From positions 42,188 to 106,187 of the forward strand of contig JAHHIK010000010.1 in the NCBI GenBank assembly GCA_019358935.1: a stretch of DNA of 64,000 bases, written 5' to 3'. The notes beneath the pieces were generated by a model. It did not search any database. It had not been told where the DNA came from and saw only the letters and a list, made by a program, of their open reading frames with translations. Source of the DNA: Tolypothrix carrinoi HA7290-LM1 (GTDB lineage: Bacteria > Cyanobacteriota > Cyanobacteriia > Cyanobacteriales > Nostocaceae). Both the position numbers and the translations under genes were made by a program. Shown here in pieces: positions 49,383 to 58,292 of this stretch (positions within the stretch are counted from its first letter, which is position 1; the number at the start of each line of letters is the position of its first letter).

Positions 49383-49432
49383 ACCCTCCGATTGCTTAAC
49401 CAGACCGCCCTATTTTAGTGGCGGTTTTTTTC
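49383..49432 (+). ncRNA. nsiR4: Probable NsiR4 nitrogen-stress sRNA (short form)
   Basis: ACCCTCCGATTGC core recalled as conserved in NsiR4, then an ACCGCC...GGCGGT-T-tract terminator, with an NtcA-type promoter upstream. Confidence 0.7.
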
Positions 49433-50223
49433 GTTTCGTTTATTTGTTAAATTGTTATAAGATTTATCATTTTTTCCACCGGAATTTTTTTCAGCTTTTA
49501 ACTGATAGCTTTATTAATTTGGATTCTGTATTAATCATTGACTTTTATTTTAGGTAAAAGTATTTATACTCTACCTATATATAGATTGACAAAATTCAAG
49601 TAATATCACTCAGATTATAACTTCAAATTTTTAAACATTTTTCTTCCTTCTAATCACTGATTAACAATTTAAAACACTTTTGATTTATCTGTATTTATTC
49701 GGTGTTAATTATGATGAAAATTGATTATTGCTTAAGTGGCGATCGCCTCTTGAAAAAATTATCGTGTAACTACTTATAATTATCGAAAACACAGATACCT
49801 TGTGGGTGATTATTTAGTATGTATACTCGGCATTCAACAGGTTATCACCGCAAAACGCCCTTTACAAAAGCGTTTTCGGATGTTGTAATTGTCAAAGATG
49901 AATAAAAATATCTTTTTTTAGTAATCTAAAATACAAAATTAATTGTAATTTTTAATGCTGTTGTTGCCCCAGATGCTGAATCTATCCATAACACCGTACC
50001 ATGAAGTATATTGAGATATTAGTCACCAATAAACAAGAATAACTAAATTGCGGCTTCGTATCAAATATCTTTGGTATGAGAAAAGAAGTATTATGACAGT
50101 TTAATAAGTGGATGATATTATTGAATACTAAATAGCTTATAATTTAAAAGTAGCTAAATATAACAGCAAGACTCTCAAGTTTGAGAGTTGAGCAACAAGT
50201 GATGTGAAAACCTGCAATCTTCT

Positions 50224-50409
50224 ATGAATTCAAATAGCCAGTCTGCCAATCCCGACACATATTCCCATCGTTTGGCAGACATTGTGGGAACAGTGATCGC
50301 TCTGTTAACTCTAACGTTACCAATCTTTGTCATCGCTAATTATTCTTCAACCAGCGTTCAGAATAATCAGCAACCCATTACGTACAACATAAAAACTAGT
50401 GAATATTAA
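50224..50409 (+). CDS. Small single-TM hypothetical protein
   Basis: 61 aa, containing ADIVGTVIALLTLTLP.FVIA.YS. Confidence 0.6.
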   Translation: MNSNSQSANPDTYSHRLADIVGTVIALLTLTLPIFVIANYSSTSVQNNQQPITYNIKTSEY

Positions 50410-50782
50410 ACAAAAATTAACAGTATAATTACAAAAACAAGAAAGTGACAACAGAAAGCTTTCTTTGGCGCGAATGTTCGCGTCAGAATTTCATAGAGAA
50501 TTTTTCATTACTCGGCTTTCGATAAGTCCGAGTAGAGGTTTCCTGAGTTCGGAACTTGGGGAGCCGTTTAAACTTTTTTGACTTTTTTGAAAAGCTAGGG
50601 ATTTAAGCACGCTCCGCATACTTAATTTATTGACAATGCAAAGATTTTCGATGAAGAAAGCATACTCCGCAAATGAAACCGTTTGAACTAAGTATTTTGG
50701 GATATGTCCATATTAGCCTAAAATTCTACACGGGGAGCCGTTGCGTGCGCCCATGATTCACTGTTAGCTGAGGATTTTTATT

Positions 50783-51325
50783 GTGGACTTATCCCGTATT
50801 CCTGCCCAACCTAAACCGGGTCTAATCAACGTTCTGATTGAAATTACTGCTGGAAGTAAAAATAAATACGAATACGACAAAGACATACAAGCTTTTGCTC
50901 TAGACCGAGTACTTTATTCTTCGGTACAATATCCCTATGACTATGGTTTTGTACCCAACACGCTGGCTGATGATGGCGATCCGTTGGATGGGATGGTGAT
51001 AATCGACGAGCCAACCTTTCCAGGGTGTATCATTGCAGCAAGACCGATTGGGATGTTAGAGATGATTGACGGAGGCGATCGCGATGAAAAAATTCTTTGC
51101 GTACCCGACAAAGATCCACGCTACAAAGACGTTAGATCCATCAAAGACCTAGCGCAACACCGATTGGATGAAATTGCCGAATTTTTCCGCAGTTATAAAA
51201 ATTTGGAAAAAAAGGTGACAGAAATTCGCGGTTGGCTAGATGTTGACCATGTTATGCCCTTAGTAGAACAGTGCATCAAAGCTGGTAGCGAAAAAGGTCG
51301 GGATTCGGATTCGGAAACTACCTGA
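50783..51325 (+). CDS. ppa: Inorganic pyrophosphatase
   Basis: Motifs [21 protein letters not shown] and F.SYKNLE. Confidence 0.96.
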   Translation: MDLSRIPAQPKPGLINVLIEITAGSKNKYEYDKDIQAFALDRVLYSSVQYPYDYGFVPNTLADDGDPLDGMVIIDEPTFPGCIIAARPIGMLEMIDGGDRDEKILCVPDKDPRYKDVRSIKDLAQHRLDEIAEFFRSYKNLEKKVTEIRGWLDVDHVMPLVEQCIKAGSEKGRDSDSETT

Positions 51326-51559
51326 ACAAATCAACCAAAGTCAAGAATTCAGAATTTGTGAAGTTAGCAATATCTCAATTTGGGTAGGGTTTCTTACTGC
51401 CACAAGCATTTTTCCTCCAGGCTCTATACTATGAGCAGGGGGTGCAAATGTACGCCGTTTATTCATCCCACGCAAAGCGTAACATATTATGCTGACTCCT
51501 GAATTCTGAATACTGTATTTTTTCTTGATAGCTCAATTGGCACAGAATCCCTAAAAGTA

Positions 51560-51943
51560 ATGCAGCGCACGCTCCTTTTGGCAAAAATTCACAACTGCAC
51601 CCTCACGGGGGCGAATATCAATTACGTCGGTAGTATCAGCATCGACCAAATTTTGTTAGATAAATCTGGCATTTTACCCTACGAGCAGGTGCAAGTAGTG
51701 AATGTTGCCAATGGCGAGCGTTTCATTACTTATGCGATCCCCGCTCCAGCCAATTCAGGAACAATTGAATTAAATGGGGCTGCGGCACGTCTAGGCATTA
51801 TCGGCGATCGCTTGATTATAATGGCTTACGGGCAGTTCACCACAGAAGAGTTAAAAAATTACTCTCCTACGGTTGTCATTGTAGATGAAAAAAACCGACT
51901 CTCCCAAGTACGGCACTACGATGACCTGCTCAGTAAAGTCTAG
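51560..51943 (+). CDS. panD: Aspartate 1-decarboxylase
   Basis: Motifs [11 protein letters not shown] cleavage site, NGERF.TY and LNGAAAR. Confidence 0.95.
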   Translation: MQRTLLLAKIHNCTLTGANINYVGSISIDQILLDKSGILPYEQVQVVNVANGERFITYAIPAPANSGTIELNGAAARLGIIGDRLIIMAYGQFTTEELKNYSPTVVIVDEKNRLSQVRHYDDLLSKV

Positions 51944-51954
51944 TTATAAGCAAA

Positions 51955-52854
51955 ATGTCAAATACTGAGTTGTCAGGTTTCCACAACGTAAAACAAACTA
52001 CTTCAACCAACGATCCCTTAGAAGAATTTATCGTCCAATTCTGGGGTGTGCGGGGTTTAATAGCCACCCCCAGCAGCGATACCAGCCGCTATGGTGGTAA
52101 TACTGCTTGTGTAGAAATGCGCGTAGCTGGAAAACGCTTGATTTTTGATGGGGGTACAGGTTTACGCATCCTGGGAAGAAGTTGGCTAGAACTCTCAGGA
52201 CCACTAGTAGCGCATTTATTTTTTACTAACTCTCAATCAAATCGCATTCAAGGGTTTCCCTTTTTTGCCCCTGCATTTGTTTCAGAAAATTGCTTTCATA
52301 TTTACGGTACAGCTGCCTCAAATGGTGCTTCTATTAAGCAGTCTCTGTGCGATCAAATGCTGCAACCGCACTTTCCTTATCCTTTGCAGGTGATGCAGGC
52401 AGAATTGTTGTTTAACAATCTGACTTCGGGTAGCAAGGTAATTTTAGACGATGTGATGATTCAAACTGCATTGATCAATCAAAATCAGCGATCGGCAGGA
52501 TACCGAGTTTCCTGGAAGAATTACAGCGTTGCCTACATGACAGATTTGTATCAGGGTGCCGACGAAATCGAGCTTGGATGTATTAAACAGCTAATTGAAG
52601 GCGTAGATTTGCTGATAGCTAATGCTACCTACACTCCCCCAACAGCTCGCAGCCATGAATACGCTGATTTACTTTGGAAAACTGCCGTGAATTTAGCTCA
52701 TCATGCTGGTGTGAAACGGTTAGTCATCTCACACCACCACCCAGACGATCGCGATGATTTTCTCGACTCTGTGCAAACAGAAATTAAAAATGCTTTTTCT
52801 GAAGCATTACTAGCCCGTGAAGGGTTAATTTTACCTGTTGTGCCTCGAAATTAA
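51955..52854 (+). CDS. MBL-fold protein with a degenerate metal-binding motif
   Basis: FWGVRG, YGGNTACVE, DGGTG and SHHHP are present. THxHxDH is replaced by TNSQSNR. Confidence 0.8.
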   Translation: MSNTELSGFHNVKQTTSTNDPLEEFIVQFWGVRGLIATPSSDTSRYGGNTACVEMRVAGKRLIFDGGTGLRILGRSWLELSGPLVAHLFFTNSQSNRIQGFPFFAPAFVSENCFHIYGTAASNGASIKQSLCDQMLQPHFPYPLQVMQAELLFNNLTSGSKVILDDVMIQTALINQNQRSAGYRVSWKNYSVAYMTDLYQGADEIELGCIKQLIEGVDLLIANATYTPPTARSHEYADLLWKTAVNLAHHAGVKRLVISHHHPDDRDDFLDSVQTEIKNAFSEALLAREGLILPVVPRN

Positions 52855-52889
52855 ACAGATGATTAAATCTCTTATTTAATCTTAAGCGA

Positions 52890-53833
52890 TTATACTTTCA
52901 CTCTGTCAATCAAGAAAAGATTATCGTTTTGTGAAGGATGAAAGTCCTTTCTCAAATAATCTCTGGCGTTAAATAATGCTTTGTACAAAAATTTATCTTT
53001 AGTCAGCCAAAACTCAATAAATTCCTGCCAGACTTTTCTATCGAAGAGTTTTCTGTCTTGATATAGCAGCATTGCTAAACCCAAATTCAGAAAAAATAAA
53101 ATCAAAATATGGGCTACGAACATACCCACTTGACGCAACAGGTAATTATTAGTTGCATTTTGCAGCACATCATATAAAACTGTTTTGTGTTCAAGTTCTT
53201 CTAATGCGTGCCATTCAAAAAGTTGCTTTAACTCTGGTTCAGCTTCTGCAAACAAATCATTTTCTAAAGCAAACTCAGCCATCAAAATTGTTAAATGTTC
53301 AATTCCGGCAGCAATGGCTAAATTGAAATTAAGACTCATTTGCCGTTCCAGAATATCAAAAAGAATAGTCTGTTCCCAGCGAATAAAAGTATCGAATTTA
53401 TAGCCAGAAGCGCGTAAATTATTCCAGAATTTTGTATGCTGGTATGAATGTTGTCCTTCTTGACATATGAAGGCTTGAGCTTTCTGTTTCAATTGCGGAT
53501 TGTCAAGAAAGTTGATTCTTTTTTTGACGTTGAGAATCAGATATTTTTCAATTTCCGGAATGAAAATTGTGAAGCTATTAAATAAGTGGGTTTTAAGAGG
53601 ATGTTTGAAAAGTATTAGATTTGACAAAGAGACCTAACCCTCCTACCCCCCTTCCCTAAGAGGGAAGGGGGGTTTCAAAGCCTCTCCCCCTGTGGGGGAG
53701 AGGTTTGGAGAGGGGTCTTTTTGTATACTTTGCGACTTTTCAAACATCCTCTAAACACACTTTGCTTAAACCAATATTTCTCAGTATTTGCGGAAAAATC
53801 AAAGTTTAATCGGCGTACTTCTATTTTGCTCAT
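52890..53833 (-). pseudogene. Predicted metal-dependent hydrolase (PF10118-like) interrupted by a MITE
   Basis: MSKIEVRRLNFDF...YWFKQSVF joins KTHLFNSF in frame once 53596-53751 and one TA are removed. Motifs QEGQH, EH and WHALEELEHK are present. Confidence 0.88.
53596..53751. mobile_element. 156-bp MITE with a TA target-site duplication
   Basis: TIRs AGAGGATGTTTGAAAAGT / ACTTTTCAAACATCCTC, internal hairpins, and TA on both sides. Confidence 0.88.
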
Positions 53834-53852
53834 ATGCGATATTCCTCAAGTC

Positions 53853-54177
53853 GATGGGCATAAATAAACGATCCTGGTTCGTAGTGAGCCAGCGCGGTCT
53901 TCTCCCAAAGGGAGAGGCTAGCGCCAAGGGGAGGCAGTGCGTTGGGGAGGCAGTGCGTTGCGGGGGTTCCCCCCGTTGTAGCACCTGCCGTCGGGTTTCC
54001 CGACTTGAAGCACCTGCCGTGGTCTCCCCCATGAGCGACTTCAGAACCCGTTCGCGCAGCGTCTCGAAGAGAAGGGTGAGCGGTTTACCGCTCAAAGCAA
54101 GGATTTTAACGGCTGTTAGCGGAGCTTTCCCGTAGGGTAGCCGTTACTACGTTAAGGAGCGTTTATTTATGCCCATC
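53853..54177. mobile_element. MITE with 18-bp TIRs carrying multiply nested SDR elements
   Basis: Perfect inverted ends GATGGGCATAAATAAACG / CGTTTATTTATGCCCATC around a GC-rich interior of nested hairpin repeats. Confidence 0.85.
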
Positions 54178-54193
54178 TAGTTAATTTTAACGA

Positions 54194-55285
54194 TTAAACT
54201 GCCTGATATACTGCTTTGGAAACCGAATTTACAACTTGAGTCAGTTCTTGAAGTTTTGCCGCTACTGCACCATTGCTAAATAATTCTTCTGCTTTATTTA
54301 TACCCGCTTGCATATCTGAACAAATACCACTTCGCCACAGATAAAACCCGCCATTCCATAAAGCTGTTTGCATCAGTTCGGAAGGTTTTCCACTTAACAC
54401 ACCTTGCATATCCGCTACTAGTTGTTCAGTAGTTTCCAGGGGTACATTCTTGGTAGTAAAGTTGTAGTCACGCGGAGCGAGAAGCAATCTTTCTATCGCT
54501 GTTAATCCTTCTTGTTGCGGTGCTAATGGTGCAGATAAACCGATGATTGCAGTGCGATCGCGTGGTAAATCACAACTACCTTCCAATCCCTTTACTAATG
54601 TAAATTTGCTTACTCCCCGCAGCGTCAAAGCTTGTTGAAACATTCCTTCTGTGGGAGGATGGACAAACCCAGCAATAACATGAGCATCGCCAGCATAAGG
54701 ACACCAAATTAATTCCATTGTCGCAAAAGGTGGACGCTTGCCTAGTTGGTCGCGGTACTCCCAAATACTATTAGTTAAGGGAAAATGCCGAGGCGTGTAA
54801 ACAAAGCCGATGCCCGTTTTTTCAAATATTTGCTGAGTTTTGTCTAGTGTCAGTGTAGTCCAATCAACTCCTAACTTCTGCCAAATTTCTACTAAAGGTA
54901 TACCATATTTTGTCGGCAGGCGATCGCCACCATGCATCACCACAGATTGCCCCGCACAAGCCAACAGTAAAGCCGTCACCGGGCTGATGGGTGCGGTGCG
55001 GCTTCTGCCATCATAAGGTATGCCTAAAACTATCACCGGACGCGCAGAGTTAATATTTTGCAGTAGTGGTCCTAGTTCTTCGTAAGCGTCCAACATTCCC
55101 GCTAACTCTTCCCCCGTGGGACGTTTGATGCGGTGGGCAATTAAAAACGCACCGATTTGCGCCGGTGTCGCTTCACCCAGCAGCATCATCTTGGTTGCCG
55201 AAGCTGCTTCCGCACGAGTTAAATTTTCGCCTGTGTGGTTTCCGCTGCCTACTTTTTTTAGTAATTCTCTGAATATATTGCTCAT
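54194..55285 (-). CDS. cnaT: Anthranilate phosphoribosyltransferase-like (YbiB-type) protein CnaT
   Basis: KKVGSG.HT..NL.R.EA, AQIGAFLIAHRIKR and YDGRSRT, downstream of ntcB. The true start is after the STRR tract. Confidence 0.8.
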   Translation of the reverse strand: MSNIFRELLKKVGSGNHTGENLTRAEAASATKMMLLGEATPAQIGAFLIAHRIKRPTGEELAGMLDAYEELGPLLQNINSARPVIVLGIPYDGRSRTAPISPVTALLLACAGQSVVMHGGDRLPTKYGIPLVEIWQKLGVDWTTLTLDKTQQIFEKTGIGFVYTPRHFPLTNSIWEYRDQLGKRPPFATMELIWCPYAGDAHVIAGFVHPPTEGMFQQALTLRGVSKFTLVKGLEGSCDLPRDRTAIIGLSAPLAPQQEGLTAIERLLLAPRDYNFTTKNVPLETTEQLVADMQGVLSGKPSELMQTALWNGGFYLWRSGICSDMQAGINKAEELFSNGAVAAKLQELTQVVNSVSKAVYQAV

Positions 55286-55570
55286 ATGGGTAATGGGTAA
55301 TGGGGAACGGGGAATGGGGAATGGGGAATGGGGAATGGGTAATGGGTAGTGGGAAATGGGGAATGGGGAATGGGTAATGGGTAGTGGATAGTGGGTAATG
55401 GGTAGTGGGTAGTGGGAATTTTCTTCAGGGGAAAGGGTTGCATGGGAAAGAATTATTACCAATGCTCAATGCCCAATGCCCAATGCCCAATGACGGCAGA
55501 TGCTCCACGCAGGTGATCCCCAAGACCGCACAGCCAAACCTATGCCCAATGCCCAATGCCCAATGCCCAC
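55286..55570. repeat. STRR arrays (ATGGGGA/ATGGGTA and GCCCAAT) with an embedded SDR-like element at about 55492-55540
   Basis: Tandem heptamers interrupted by GACGGCAGATGCTCCAC...AAGACCGCACAGCC. Confidence 0.8.
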
Positions 55571-55576
55571 TATCTA

Positions 55577-56527
55577 TTAACAAGCCGATCGCTTTAATGA
55601 ATCAAACTGTTGTGGTATATTTTCCTGCACCAATTGCCAAAAGTACTGGATGGGTGGAATTAGCAGGCGATCGCCTGTTGTCACCATGACAACCCGACGA
55701 GTTAAACTAGAATTATCTGGCAAACTAGTGTTAGCATTGCAGGCTAAGGGACGAACTGCAAGGGTAGGGTCAAGACGTGCTTCGACTAATGCAGAGTGAG
55801 GTAGCAAAGCTATTAGTTCTCCTTGCCGTACCACTCCTCGGAAGGCATCTAAAGTATTTACCTCTAAAGCTGCTTGAAGTGTGGCTTCTAAGCGCTCAAA
55901 TCTATCTTGCACCAAGCGTTGCATCCCATAACCATCTTTAAAAACTACTTGGGGATAACGAATTAGTTCCGACCAAGAAACGCGATCGTGTTGCGCTAAA
56001 GGATGATTGGCACAACAGAGTAATTCTATAGGTTCATCAAATAGCGTTTCTACCACCATTTCTCTAGCGGTGGTGAGAAAGCGATTATTCATGACAATTG
56101 CCATATCTACTAGTCCATCTTTGAGGACTTTTAAAGCGCGATCGCTTCCTAATGAAGTCACTCGCAATTGCACATCTGGATATTTATGACAAAATGTTTG
56201 CAGAATTGGTGGTAGATAATAAGCACACAGCGAGTGAATCACAGCGATACAAAGTTCTGGCTGCTTTCCTGCGACTAAATCTGCTAACTCTTGGGTGACA
56301 GTTTGCCACTCCAAGCAAATTTTGCGGGCACGGGGTAGCATCCTCTCACCCCCCAGAGTCAGTTTTGCTTGTCCTGTTCTGTGAAACAATTCTAAGCCCA
56401 AATCTGCTTCCAGTGCCTGAATTTGGCGACTGATAGTTGATTGGGTGACACCACATTTTCTCGCTGCTTGTTGAAAGCTGCCAGTTTCTGCGATCGCTAG
56501 AAAGGCTTGCAACTGCTCTAGGCGCAT
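55577..56527 (-). CDS. ntcB: LysR family nitrate-assimilation regulator NtcB
   Basis: MRLEQLQAFLAIAETGSFQQAARKCGVTQSTISRQI, with an NtcA promoter upstream and cnaT downstream. Confidence 0.85.
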   Translation of the reverse strand: MRLEQLQAFLAIAETGSFQQAARKCGVTQSTISRQIQALEADLGLELFHRTGQAKLTLGGERMLPRARKICLEWQTVTQELADLVAGKQPELCIAVIHSLCAYYLPPILQTFCHKYPDVQLRVTSLGSDRALKVLKDGLVDMAIVMNNRFLTTAREMVVETLFDEPIELLCCANHPLAQHDRVSWSELIRYPQVVFKDGYGMQRLVQDRFERLEATLQAALEVNTLDAFRGVVRQGELIALLPHSALVEARLDPTLAVRPLACNANTSLPDNSSLTRRVVMVTTGDRLLIPPIQYFWQLVQENIPQQFDSLKRSAC

Positions 56528-56563
56528 TGTTATGTAGCCTGAATTACACTTTTGGTTTTAATT

Positions 56564-56605
56564 AGGTTAACGGATGTTAGCGCATATTTTAGTACTGTTT
56601 GTTAC
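56564..56605 (-). promoter_or_regulatory. Canonical NtcA-activated promoter of ntcB
   Basis: GTA-N8-TAC at 56592-56605, a 22-nt spacer, and a TAACCT -10 box at 56569-56564. Confidence 0.85.
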
Positions 56606-56811
56606 AACCTATTTTTTTTATATTTATTTTTGCCATTTTTCTGTAAATATTAGACACTTTACAAAAATGCCTAAGTATGCGTCATAAATAATGCTTCAAG
56701 CAGTGCGATCGCGTGTTCATCTACCCCTCCGGATTAAATATGGGGTTCCTCTTTCTTTGAATTCCTTCATCGGGACTATTTATATTTATTAATATCAAAA
56801 TACTGAGTTTT

Positions 56812-57924
56812 CTATACATTCATCTGAGCGTGCAGTTTTTTTTGAGTATTACCGATAGGCAATGTAACAGTAAAAGTAGTTCCTACCCCAACTTCGCTTT
56901 TAACTGCAATTTTACCACCGTGTAAGTCAACACACTGTTTGACGATCGCTAATCCCAAACCTGTACCGGGAATGTTTCCTACATTACTGGCACGATAAAA
57001 TGACTCAAACAGATGCTGTTGGTCTTCTGGAGTAATGCCAATACCTTTATCTTTAATCTGAAAAATTACCTCTGATTCATTAGAGATTAATTCCAAATCA
57101 ATTGGACTATCTTTAGGTGAATACTTAATGGCATTTGTCAGTAAGTTAGTCAGAATATGTCGTAACAGCTTTTCATCAATACAAGCATTTATATATTTAG
57201 CTTTATAATCAAAATTAATTATATTTTTATTAATAAATTGAGTTTCTTGAATCACTTGTTCGCAAAAATCAGTTAAATTAATGGGAATTTGATTTATTTT
57301 TTGCTTTCCTGATTCTCCTTTCGACAATAATAATATATCATCTAAAATATCTGTAATTTTTTTCACATAAACTTTAATTTTCTCGTAAAATTCCTGCTTT
57401 TTATCTTCAGATAATTTATCGCTAGAACGGTGGAGGAGTATTTGGGCATAAGCGGAAATTGTATGTAGTGGATTGCGAATTTCATGAGAAGCTATGGAAA
57501 GAAAGCGAGTTTTTATTTCGTTTATTTGTTGCAAATTATCGTTAGCTAGCTTCAATTCTAAAGACAATTTGCGCCTTTGAAGCAGCATTTCTACCCGTGC
57601 GTGCAATTCCACTTTCTCTATAGGAGTAACAATCAGCTCATGTATACTTCGCCATAAATGCCGAGTCACCATCCCCACATCTCGGCGAGATGTAACTAAT
57701 AAAAAAGGTAAAAATACTGGCTCTTCAGCTTTTTTAGTAGCTTCTAACCAATGACTGTATCGATCCAGCTTTCTAGCACAAATAATACACAAATCAAAAG
57801 ATTGCTGCAAGCTAGGCAATTCATCATCAGAATCAGGTGAAAATACTTCGTAGCGTGTTTCCAGCCACTCAGATAGTAAGCGTCGGTTTTCTTTATTTTC
57901 CAAAAGCAGCAAAATTTTGCACAT
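56812..57924 (-). CDS. Sensor histidine kinase with an N-terminal pseudo-receiver domain
   Basis: H-box SHEIRNPL, N-box NAIKYS, G-boxes DKGIGI and GTGLGL. The receiver-like N-terminus lacks the phospho-Asp. Confidence 0.9.
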   Translation of the reverse strand: MCKILLLLENKENRRLLSEWLETRYEVFSPDSDDELPSLQQSFDLCIICARKLDRYSHWLEATKKAEEPVFLPFLLVTSRRDVGMVTRHLWRSIHELIVTPIEKVELHARVEMLLQRRKLSLELKLANDNLQQINEIKTRFLSIASHEIRNPLHTISAYAQILLHRSSDKLSEDKKQEFYEKIKVYVKKITDILDDILLLSKGESGKQKINQIPINLTDFCEQVIQETQFINKNIINFDYKAKYINACIDEKLLRHILTNLLTNAIKYSPKDSPIDLELISNESEVIFQIKDKGIGITPEDQQHLFESFYRASNVGNIPGTGLGLAIVKQCVDLHGGKIAVKSEVGVGTTFTVTLPIGNTQKKLHAQMNV

Positions 57925-57926
57925 AC

Positions 57927-58292
57927 TTAATCTCCCAATAGACTTTTAATCAACGCTAATAATTGTCGCATGACTAGCGGTTTAACCAGCATACTCCTAG
58001 CGCCATGAGCAACACTTTGGAGTTGAATTGTAGCGCTTTGTTTAGGCGAGATAACCAAAAAGGGAATTTGTTGATTTTGGAGTTGTTCGCAGCGTTCCCA
58101 GATAGTGCGATCGAAACCGGCAATATCTAACATAACTAACTTAATCTCCGATAATTCGCTTAATTGCCGATCTAATTCTGACAAACTATTAGCGCCAATG
58201 GTTTCATATCCTTGTTTAGTTAAAAATTGGTTAAGTAATTCCAGATTGCGGCTGTTGCTGTCTACAGTTAAAATTAGGGGTTTTTCGCTCAT
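57927..58292 (-). CDS. Single-domain response regulator (receiver)
   Basis: ILTVD...VMLD...PFLVIS...GA..MLVKP. Confidence 0.85.
   Translation of the reverse strand: MSEKPLILTVDSNSRNLELLNQFLTKQGYETIGANSLSELDRQLSELSEIKLVMLDIAGFDRTIWERCEQLQNQQIPFLVISPKQSATIQLQSVAHGARSMLVKPLVMRQLLALIKSLLGD

Noticed and set aside
49440..50220. Long AT-rich intergenic region (similar ones at 9120-9660 and 41750-42500)
   Set aside because: No credible ORF or repeat structure. Long regulatory regions are ordinary in Nostocales.
50500..50760. Possible riboswitch or ncRNA upstream of ppa
   Set aside because: It has short hairpins and two GGGGAGCCGTT copies but no recognisable aptamer consensus.
53788..54135. 115-aa and 98-aa ORFs over the GC-rich nested element
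   Set aside because: They are chance ORFs across mini-elements with no protein motifs.
55286..55462. N-terminal extension of cnaT (HYPLPIT repeats)
   Set aside because: This is STRR translation. The protein most plausibly starts at MSNIFRELL (55285).
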